DNA of 64,000 nt from Lingula anatina (Eukaryota; Animalia; Brachiopoda), in contig CM120640.1 of NCBI GenBank assembly GCA_051362555.1, positions 57,700,788 through 57,764,787 on the forward strand, written 5' to 3'. This document shows positions 27,101 to 38,349 of this stretch, piece after piece. Made by a program: the position numbers and the translations under genes. Within the stretch, counting starts at the first letter, position 1; the number at the start of each line of letters is the position of its first letter. Under the pieces are notes generated by a model. The model did not search any database and was not told where the DNA came from. It worked only from the letters and a program-made list of their open reading frames with translations.

Positions 27101-30100
27101 CCTGGCGTAGACAAATGACCATCAAATAAAGAATCACGTTCAGGAGTGCGGCATCATAAAAGATAGTAATGGAAAATAGACGTGATTAAAAATAAGGACA
27201 TCTCATATACATATTTATAGCTAAGTAAAGTCCATTAAACCAGTATACATTAATATGCATTAATAAAGAGTGACACAATAAACACTAGAAGTAAACATTA
27301 AGTAAGTTGATAACGAAAAATGCATTTAACCGGTAAAATACTATATCCAAAGAGTTAAGGAATATGCATGAAATAAGGTTGTTATATGTCGCAGAATAAA
27401 CTTTGCCCCTATAATAAATATGTCTTTGATATAGTACTAAATCATTAAAATTATTAAATTATTAATCATTAAAAAGCACGAAAAACGTGAAGACTGAAGG
27501 CAAGAAGTTACCTAAACAAGAACATCAAGTGCTTCAATCGGCAATTTATATAGGAAATAGTTATACCCAATGACTCTAAAAGGGACAAAGAAAATTGGGA
27601 GACTCTTTACGGTAAAATCAGGCATGGTTAATTCATACGTATGGGACCAATATTCAACGGAAGGCAACATCTTCCCTATAGGTGTAAATACATATGGTAC
27701 CGTAATTAACGCGGTGGATAACTTTATCTTCATGGTATAACGCTTTCGTAACGGGTATCATCATCATCAACAAGCTGACTATGCAAATCTTCGGCAGTAA
27801 CTTAAACCTTGACAGAGGTTTCGATGGTACATACTGTGAGGTGACTCTCATGCGTGCATCAGTTTCATCTTTTGAAGAGATAAGTGCGTGTTAGTAGAAA
27901 GTAGAGTAGCCGGCTCAGATGAAACGGATGACGCTAGGAATCCCTCATGTGGGCCCACTAGTATGTAAATCATCTAATTTCGAATTTGGTACTGATAATT
28001 ACTATGAACATGTGTGCGTGTCACCGAACGCACGGAGAATCTCGAGCGCCCGAACTGTTATCTTCATGTCGCAAATACGTGTTTAAGGTGCATGAGCGCG
28101 AAACTGTAACATTAATCTTTGAAGAACTTGTCTAATTAAACTTTATCGCAATTTTCATATGAATACATAGCATGTGGAATAGATGCTAAAGAGACGGCAA
28201 TTGTTTCTTAATCACTGCTATAATAAGTTCGTGACGTACCGCTGATTACCGTATGACAAGGAAAATCAGTAGGGGTAGAATAAACCATGATATAACAGGT
28301 TTAAAATATCACATTGAAATAGCTGGGACCGTTAAACTCGAAATAGGTCTACGTAGAATAATAACCATGCCTAATGAAGGGACTTATCTTTTGCGACTTT
28401 TCCCACTAAGGGTTTTATGGATATGGAATTCTCTGATCAAGGAATGCGCAACGTTAAAGTGGGGCTCCCAAGTTGGGGTATATCCTTTCCACTTCACTAA
28501 GTAATGTTTGACGCCGCGTATGTTTTTACACTTCAGTAGCTTTTCAACATCGAACCATTCATCGGGCACTGGGGGTGGCTCATCAGCCGGTGGTGCCGGG
28601 GCAGGGTCAGCCTGATTGGGAATGGGTAACGGCTGCTGTGGTCTCAAGGGGCGATCTTGTGGATCTTTGTACAATTTCAACCGATTGGCATGAATGGGTG
28701 ACGGGTGCGCTTTGTTATTTTTGCAGTCACGCAACAGAAACGTATAACTAGACACTCTGTCTGTTATGTAGTAAGGTCCAACGAATTTTGAAGTCAATTT
28801 GGGGCTCTTTCCCGGTTTGACACGTGACCACTTCAACAATACTCTGTCACCTATATGGAAAGGGGGCGGATTTGCTGTGCGGTCAAAATTACGCGTGTAT
28901 TTTCCTTGTGCGCGTAATCTATTGTCGTGGGCTATCTTTCGTGCTGTTTCCAAATTTCTTTGAATATTGTCAATGTAATCTTCTACGGAGGAAGGCAAGT
29001 GATCCGGGGGTTTCAGAATGGACTCAAGGGGGGTGTTCATTTCTCTCCCAAACATTAAATGAAAAGGGGAAAACTCGGTCGATTCTGTAGCTGGCGTTGC
29101 TCTGAGAGCCATCATAACTCCTGGAAGAATGGAAGGCCAGTTATCCTGGGCTTCATTGCAATAAATTCTAAGGGATTGCGCAATGGATTGATTGTTTCTT
29201 TCAACGACTGCGTTTGAGGCCGGGTGATAGGCTGAGGTTAGTGAACGTTTGACATGAAACAGGTCACTCAATGTCTGGATCAACAGAGACGTAAAATTCC
29301 GACCTCTATCGGACACAATCACTCGGGGTGCTCCAAAACGGCAAAAGATTTCGGAGTACAAAACATGAGCTATTTCCTCAGCAGTTTGAGTTCTGAGAGG
29401 GAACGCTTCTGGCCAAGCTGAGAAAGAACAGACCACTAAAAGAATATACTTGTAACCTTCTTTCGATTTGGGTAAGGGACCCAGTATGTCCATATGTAGT
29501 CTGTCCCACACACCTACAATGGGAAGGGGTTGTAACGGAGCAGGCCGTTGACCGTGATGACGTTTCGCCTTTTGACAGGGTTCACAAGTTTTGACATATT
29601 GCATGATCTCAGAGTACATGCGAGGCCAGTAGAATCTGTGCCTGATCAACTCGTAACTTCTATCAAAAGCAAAATGAGCACCCGCTGCTAAGCTATCATG
29701 GTATGCGTGTAAAACATCATCCCTGTAAGGTGTAGGCACCGCTAATTGGCGTATAATTTTCTTGTCTGCCAAACTAGCGTTCTTTGATCGAGGTTGATAA
29801 ATATGGAACAGGAGATCACCATCCATTATGTACTGGTCAGACTCATAGACCGTTTTCCTCGCCAATTTGGGATCGCTAGGTAGCGTGTCTGTCTCAAGGT
29901 AACTGATTATGTGCTGACAATCAGCGCATTGTCTTTGAGCAAGGGCTAACTGAGATAAACTATCTTCGTCTGAGTGACTAATAGCGGAGAAAACATCAGG
30001 TTGTGTTTCACTAATGATCTCAGTAAGGATATGAACAGGGGATGACGGAATTGGAGGTTGCTCAACTATGGTGCGCACGGGCGCCTCGTTTTCATCTTTG

Positions 30101-33100
30101 GCTTTCCCTAGCAACGGGGTATCATCGTTGGTGACTTTGGGGACTGGGGCATCATAATCTCGGCGTGACAAAGCGTCAGCGGGATTTTTGTCGCCAGGGC
30201 GATGATGAATTGTGTAATCATACTCTTGTAAAGCTAAGGCCCATCTAATCAAACGAGGGGTAGTATGCTTAACTTGTTTCAGCCATTTCAAAGCCTGATG
30301 ATCTGTGTAAATGACGAATGGCTGATTCAGTAGATACGTTTGATACGTTCTCACTCCTTCAAGCACAGCTAAGCATTCAAGTTGCGTAATTGGGTACAGT
30401 CTCTCAGCTGGAGTTAATGAGCGACCACCATAGCATATGACCGTTTCCCTACCTGAATCATCTAATTGCCCTAATATGTAACCAAGAGCGTGACCTGACG
30501 CATCAGTCGTTAGGATGAAAGGTTTGGACATGTCGGGGAACTTCAGAATAGGCGGGTTAATAAGCCTATGCTTGAGTGTGGTGAATGCTGTTTCACACTC
30601 CTCTGACCATTGAAATTTCACATCTTTTTGCAACAATGCATTGAGAGGTTTTGCAATAGTGCTGAAGCCTTTGATAAATCGTCTGTACCAATTACAGAGA
30701 CCAAGAAAACTACGCACTTGCTTAACATTTTTGGGTTGTGGGAAAGTTTTCACAGCTTCCGTTTTGGAGGGGTCAACTTCAATTCCTTGTTTTGAAACAT
30801 AATGACCGAGATAAAGTACTTTAGGCATAGCAAATGTGCATTTGGATGGTTTTAATTTGAGGTTCGCCTGACGAAGAATATGGAAGACTTCTTGGAGGTG
30901 CAAAAGGTGTTCCTCGAAAGTTTTTGAGTATGAAAGGATGTCATCGATGTAAATGATGACTGATTTCCAATTTAGGTGCCGAAATAAGTTGCTCAAAAGG
31001 TATTGATACGAAGAAGGAGCATTTTTCAAACCAAACGCCATACGTTTGAACTGATATTGACCACTATGCGTCACAAAAGCTGATTTTTCCTTTGAATCGT
31101 CAGACAAACCTACCGTCCAAAAAGCTGTATTGATGTCCATAAGGGAAAAGTAGGTAGCTTTGGAGTCGGCAACAGAGTCAAAAATATCCTCTAAACGAGG
31201 GAGGGGGAAGCTGATTGTTTTGGTAACGGCATTCAATTTCCGATAATCAATAGCAAATCGAAAATCACCCTGTTTCTTTTTCACTAGTACCACGGGGCTA
31301 CTCCAAGGTGAAGTAGATGGTTCTATGATATCGTGCCGTAGCATCTTATCTATCTGACGATCAATCTCTGCTTTGGCTTGAGGACTGGCCCTGTAAAATC
31401 GTTGCGCAATCGGAGGATGCCCATCTGTTTCAATAGTATGTTTGTAGAGGGGAACGTGACCAATTTCAGATAAATCTGAGGCAAAAATGTCTTTGTTGCT
31501 ACCAATAAGACATAACAGTTGATTCTGTTGATTTGGAGAAAGATGAGTGAGATCAAAGGGAATGCCGAGAGAGAGAGCCGCTTGCTTGTTTTGAGGGGAA
31601 GGAGGAGGAATTGGAGGGGCGGGGCTGGAAGTGAAATCAATTTGATTTACCATAGATGAGTCAATACGGGACGCTTTGGCCAAAATAGTATTGCGACGTA
31701 TTGTGATAGTATTAGGAGTCACATTTGCCATACGGTAAAAGCAATATCGCGTTGACAAAGCATTCACTGAAGATGCGCCTAATAACGTAGAAACAATGTT
31801 GGTCGGTTCCAATAAAACAAGAGTTGACACTTGGGGTTTTAAGTGAACGCGAGAGACATGCACACGTACTAATTGTTCTGTGTGGGGCGCAATGGTGACA
31901 GTGGATGTATTGCGTGCGAGGCCCAATTGGTCAGAAACGGTAAAGGGGACTGTAATGTCGGGGTTACGCAAGATCAATTCCTGGGTGGACAAATTGAGAG
32001 TGGCTCCATGATTATGGAGGAAATCAAGGCCCAAAATAGCAGGACGAGTGAGTTTTGGTATAACTTGAAAATTGTGAGTAAATTTTGCTTTGCCAATGTA
32101 AAATTGGAGACGTAACACACCTAAAATGTTTTGGGATACACCACCTACGCCTATAATCGTTTTCAAATGAGAAGGCGGAGCTAACTGAGATAGTGAAATA
32201 CCTATTTTATGCAAAACGTCTTTCGATATACATGAAACAGAAGCACCCGTATCTACCAATGTGTCTATCCTACAGTTTCGTGTCGAAATAAAAATAGAAT
32301 TTTGTTTAACAGAATTTGACAGTGTACCGACAGCCTTTTCGTTTTTTCGTGCTTTTAACCGTCATTGGCGCCTACCAGAACGGCAGACCCTAGCTAAATG
32401 ACCAATTCTACCGCAATTTCTACACGTTGAATGAGAAGCGGGGCAAAATTTACGTAAATGCGACATACCACAGCCGTTGCATCTTGGTGTCTCTTGATTC
32501 ATGGCAAATTGTCTGTTTCCGCTGCGACCCAGTTGTCTACCTCCAGATCGTCCCTGGAATCGAGGGGGTGGAGGTCCATTGTTATAGCGGCGTGGTTGCT
32601 GGAATTGCCCGTGTGGAATGTACTCAGGGTACGCGTTCTGAAAATTAGAAGAGGGGGGTTGGCGCTGAAAATTGGGGTTCTGGGGATATGTCGCCGTGGG
32701 CTGCACAGGATTTACTGTGGCCGGTGTCGGGGGAGAAGTTGACAGTTGTGAAATCTTTTCCTTGATTTCGGACAATTGCGTGCTTAGGGCCGTTAACGTG
32801 GCAGATGGCGACGATGAAGGTTGAATGGCTGTTTCCGCCTGGCGTGCGCGTGCGATGAGTTCTTCGAAGGTATGGGGCTCATGTTGCGCTACAAACGGTC
32901 GTACTTCAGGTAGCAGACCGTGTAAAATGGCTTGAATTGCTTGTTCTTCTGGCAGTTGAACTCTAGCCGCCTCTCGTCGCATTTCTGCGATATAGTCCTG
33001 GACTGGTTGGGACGGAGATTGAGTTTTGTGGAAAAGATTGGACACTGCTACCCATTTTGCGCTTTCAGTTGGCCGAAAGCGACGGGTAAAGGCCAATTCT

Positions 33101-36100
33101 ATTGTTGTCATGTCCTGGCGGTGCTCTTCTGGTAGTGTATCATACCAATCAAGGGCGGCCCCACGCAACAGTAGAGGAAATGCCGAACGTTGTTGTTCGT
33201 CTGACAACCCTCTGTATGCTGCGTAATTTTTAAAATGGGCTAGCCAACGATTGTAATCTTCGTGAGTTGAGCCTGTGAATTTCTCAGGCATCAAATGCAA
33301 ATCGGCCGGCATATTATCAGCGTGGGCAGGCGGTAGGGGGTGTGGGGGAATTGGTGAGTTTCTGGCGGAATCGGCGGGCGTGGAGCTCTCAGTGTCGGAA
33401 ACGCTGCTCTCTAAAGGCTGAATAACAGTGGGGTCGGTGATATCGTTGAGTTGCGATAATGCTGGTGAAGCGGAGCGGGAAGAAGTCGGTGAGGTGTGTG
33501 CCGACGGAGGAGACGTTGGCTCTTTAACGGGAATCGACGTACGTGACTCACCTGCCTTTTTGTGCCTGGTATTTGCTGACGGCGTTGACCAATAGTTTTC
33601 TGGCCTGGAAAACATGCGGGGACGTTGCTGTTGGCTCAGCTGCGGGAGAAGGAATCAACCGTGTTCTCCACCACCTTGTAACCCGGATGGTTACTTAATT
33701 CTGAGCGGGTAGCAAACTTGAAAACACCGAAGACATCAATGGTAGCTCATGAAGATCTTTATTTTCTGACGGGCTACAATCTGGCACGCAGGCAGGGACA
33801 GTCACGACGATCTCCCGGGGTCTCCCTCTCACTAACTGAGAAGCCCTCATTTTATAGGGAATCGTTCTAAGTCCTGCGTGCCCAATAACTATTACTAAAT
33901 GTGTGTAATTTATAGGAATAATAAAGGAACTAAAGGTAACATACGTGATTAATAGGAAGTATGAGAAAACTAAATACAGGGACTATATTACATTCCATAG
34001 TAGCCCTGAACACGGATATGTTCTCCGGGTAGGAAGGTTACATAACGCTCGGACCTGGGAATGGCCTCAACTGGAATTTCCCCAGGTGTAGTGACTGTTT
34101 TTGGTGGAAGAGATCAAAAGAGCGAAATGACTATAATGAGGCCAAAGTATTTCTACAATTCTAGAGTCGGCACCGGGTTTCCATTTTCTGTCATCTGAAA
34201 GGGGTGTATCTTCAATTACTTAAATAAATTACTCTACTGAGATTTTTGTTTCTAATTTTGGTTTCTCTTCCGTGATTGAAAATGTGATTTAAAGGCAGAG
34301 ACAAATTGTATAACACTACCGTGTTATAACATTAAGTGTGAGATAATACACTGTCACCCGAGCGATATATGCCATAACACCTCGAGCGTTAGCGAGAGGT
34401 GTTCATGGCATATATCGCGAGAGGGTGACAGTGTATTTATTTGACATACATACCGAGAAAAAAATACAGTCATTTCATCCTAAAACACCCCTAAAACCGA
34501 ATAAAGTGACCCTATATCACGCTCTAGAGATGTTATATGAAATAAACCCGTCCACGTGCGCTGGTCACCTCCCGCCAAATTCTTACGTAATGTCTGACCA
34601 ATTAGGTCAATTTTTGCTAAATACTTGTCCAGCTACGTGTGGCTCAGCTGAGACGCGCATGGTCAGTGTAGACGATTTATTGATTAAATACTTTTCACGC
34701 CAGTTGAACGTCTGTTAAGATACTTCATGGTATATTACCACTTCATGGGATAAATGCTCTGATTTTACTGTCAAATCGACTTCATAGGATAAAATGCGAC
34801 TTCATCTCCACATAAGATATTGCCTGCGACTTCATGGGATAATGGTGAAAAAGTACCTGTTGTTGGCCCAACGCTATGAGAGAGAACGTTTTTGAAATTA
34901 TTAATATAATGTTTTTGTACTGTAAATATTATCCAAAATAGGTAAACTGTACGTTTTAATTTACTTGTATGACTGAATAGGGTTTCTTTAGTGGTATTGG
35001 ATGCATGTTTTGAGTAATTTTAAAATACACAGGCGTATGTAGGTGAGGATCCAGTATTTCTAAAAATCAGTACATTATGGGAGATAATGGTCAACGTTGA
35101 AGAAAAGGGGGTCCAGACCCCCTGGGCCCTCCCTTCCCAGATCCGCTTGATGCATAAAACTAATGGATCAGGTAAACCAGGCTATGAAAACATAAGTTAG
35201 GCGTAGGTTACTGGATTATAAGATGGATAAATAAACAAATAGGAAGCAATTATTAAAGATAAATAAATAGATAATAAAAAGAAGCAGAGAAGGTCGTGTA
35301 TATAATTGTGCTCTACAATTATCTTGATCAAGTCGCGTCCCACTCTGAAAAGACTAATTTTTGCATGAGGAAAGACGCGCAAGTGTAATTATTTACGTCT
35401 GTCCCTTGGTTTCCGAGATGCACTGTTCTGGTCCTACACCTGTGAATGTCCATCATGATGTGATCAATGGTGTCCCTGAAATGTGCCCTTGGCTGGCTCT
35501 CATTTGACCCGAAAGTATTATCTGCGGCACAGTCTGCATTTGGAAACCTGTTAATAAGGCGTTCGTCCGGGGGGGGGGGGGGAAGGGGGGAGGCCTACTT
35601 GTTGTTTAGCAGCCTAATTAACGTAGTTGATCTGCGAGATCAACAGCCTTGTAGATTGATATTTATTCAGAATTGTGGTTGATTGTAATTGTTGTTGATT
35701 GTAATTTTTACATCGTAATTTCTGCTATCTACCCGTAGACCTTTAGTAGTGGGACTTGGGGGGGGGGGTATATATTTTTTATATCGTTGTTACTGGTATC
35801 CTCTATCCATTAAAGTGAGGAACATGAGACGTTGGGGATATTTAAACTTGACATTAGGGATGTGCACGTGTCCTTCGGATTTTTGGTGACTTTGGTGACC
35901 TAGGGGTGGTTGATTATTATCTTTAAATTGTATTTTCTGCTATATACCCATAGGTCTTTAGGTTGAGGAAACTAAAATGTCGGGGTGTGCATAGGCAGTT
36001 TTTTTTTTTTTTTTTTTTTTTTTTTGTGACCTGGGGTGTGGCTGTCCCTGGGGATGGTACACATATATATTACCGTAATTTATTTCATCTCCCCCTAGAC

Positions 36101-38318
36101 CATTCGAATTAGGAACATGAGTCTTTGGTGCATGGGTGGGCTACATTAGTGTGACTTGGGGTGTGGCCGTCCCTAGGGGGTGGAGTGATTAGTGGTTTGT
36201 CAGGCAATGAAGCTGATTCCATAGATTGCACTTAAGATTCCTTGCAGAGTTGGACCGACCCAGCTAGTACTACATCCTATGTGTGAATCTGAGGGCGGTC
36301 TTCGAGTTAGGAAGGAAGGGGAAATGTAGAGAAAGCAACAGACAGTACTAAATAACAGACCTTCAGTCGTATTCTTGAATATAGGTCAAGTTAATTAAAA
36401 CCCATTCAAGACCCCATACTCTCAGGAATCCCAGGGTCCAAGTCCCATTGTTCTTTAACATAAAACACACATGTTAATTACTGCTCTTGGGAAATAAACA
36501 TTTTAGTTTTGTGTTAAGACACAACAGCAGTTAAACGCTAGGATTCCTGATCGAGTGTGTGGGGCCTTGTATTAGTTTTTAATTGGATTTCCTGACCTAT
36601 ATTTATGCATATGGCTGGAAGTCCATTTAGTTCTGTATGTGCTTCTCCTGTTCTCTACATTGCTCAAGGACCCATGCACATTCATTAAAATGACAGGTTC
36701 ATTATGTTCCTTAAAATTTAAGGGTATAGATGGCAGAAAAAAGTTGTGAAAAATATAATCAACCACCCCCCGGGATAGCCACACCTGAAATATCATACTA
36801 ACATTCCCGGAAACCTATGCATATCCTCAATGGTAAGCTTATCAGCCCGGAAGGTTTCATGTTCCCAACTGTATTGGCGTAAGGGTAGAAGCACGAATAA
36901 CGATGTAAAATTTAAAATCAACCTCCACAGGGACGGCCACACTCAATGTCACAAAAACCCAGAAGGACCCATACACATCCCCAAAGACAGATTTTTCAAT
37001 CCCCATAGCCTTACGTTCCCAGTTTTATTGGTCTAAGGATAGATATAGCAGGAATAATAATGGAAATTAGACTAAACCGCCCCCAGGACCCCCCCCCCAA
37101 AAAAAAAAAAAAAATCCGAAGTGCCCTTTCACATTCAAAATAGAATGTAGCCACGTTTCATGCTCCTAGCATAAAATACTATGTAAAAATTAGAATAGAC
37201 AACCCCCAGGGTCGACCACGCCCCAAGTCACAATTGAATTCCGAAGAGCCTTTGCAAATCCCTATAATGATAGGTTTATTAATCATCATTACTATGATGG
37301 TTTAGGAAATAACAATGTGAAATAGATCATGTATATAATAAATTGTCCACCACAGGGAAAGCTTGACCAATGTAAGCGTACCTAGCCGAGACAACCCCGT
37401 CCCCATTCCAATTCTACCTCTATAGAACTTCTCACTAGCTATTTATTGACTAAGAAAAAATTTTGGTTGCAAAATGCGTTCCGGTTGAAAAATTCGTTTT
37501 CACGATTTTCTTTGGTTGCAAAATGCCTTGCAGTTGCAAAATGCGGCTCTACACCAGTTTTATGAATCCCCAGCATTTCATTCTCCCCAACATCTATCTG
37601 GACAGTTGACCGTTTCAAATCATTCAGATTTCAGACTTTCCGACCTAAGCGTTTTCATTAAGTATATAGGCCAGGAGGTCAATCTTTTAAAACGACCGAG
37701 ATATTTTCGAAACATATTTGTTGCATATCAATAGAAAAGCCTATTTTTACAGCTTGTTATTGCAAGTCATAACATTTATGTCATAGTTACAAAAGAGATA
37801 CTTCTATAACACGAATAATGGAATAGACGGTTTGTTAAAGATATTAATGTACACCTAGTGTGGAGCAAAATTAAAACCTCTCTGCCTAGTAGAGTTCTCT
37901 ACCTACAGTGGAAAGACATACATTCTTGCTACTGTGTACTAGCCACATCTATAAACCTGCGCCGTCAATCAAACCACACATGGTCAGTTTTATGCCCTAG
38001 TTTAAAGGCAGGCAATGTGTTTATTTATACACTTCGTTTGTCTTATACATCTAGTGCCTCAGACCCGCCATGATTCAACGTCCAAATATTGTCAGTTTTT
38101 AAACGTCCTGAAATCTTAAAAATTTCAAAACTAAATGGGTAAAACAAAAAACTAGCTTTATGCTTTCCGCCACTGGACCGGAGCTCTTGAAAGAAAGTAC
38201 ATTATTTATAGAAGTTAATCTCACGGGTATCTACGAGAACATATGAAAATAACAGCTTCATTAAACTCCAACGAGATAAAATACGCACTATCATGTGAGG
38301 GAGTAATGTTACTCCCCC

Positions 38319-38349
<31 letters not shown>

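Larger units (their letters stand above)
26331..34328 (-). mobile_element. Full-length Ty3/Gypsy LTR retrotransposon, antisense within intron 26146-39595
   Basis: Two 652-bp LTRs (26331-26982, 33677-34328) with no difference seen by eye. TSD ACAT at 26327-26330 and 34329-34332. Intact gag and pol, domain order PR-RT-RH-IN-chromo. Confidence 0.97.

Noticed and set aside
32362-32364. In-frame TGA as selenocysteine
   Set aside because: It sits exactly at the gag/pol boundary in a readthrough-type context, with no redox motif or SECIS evidence.
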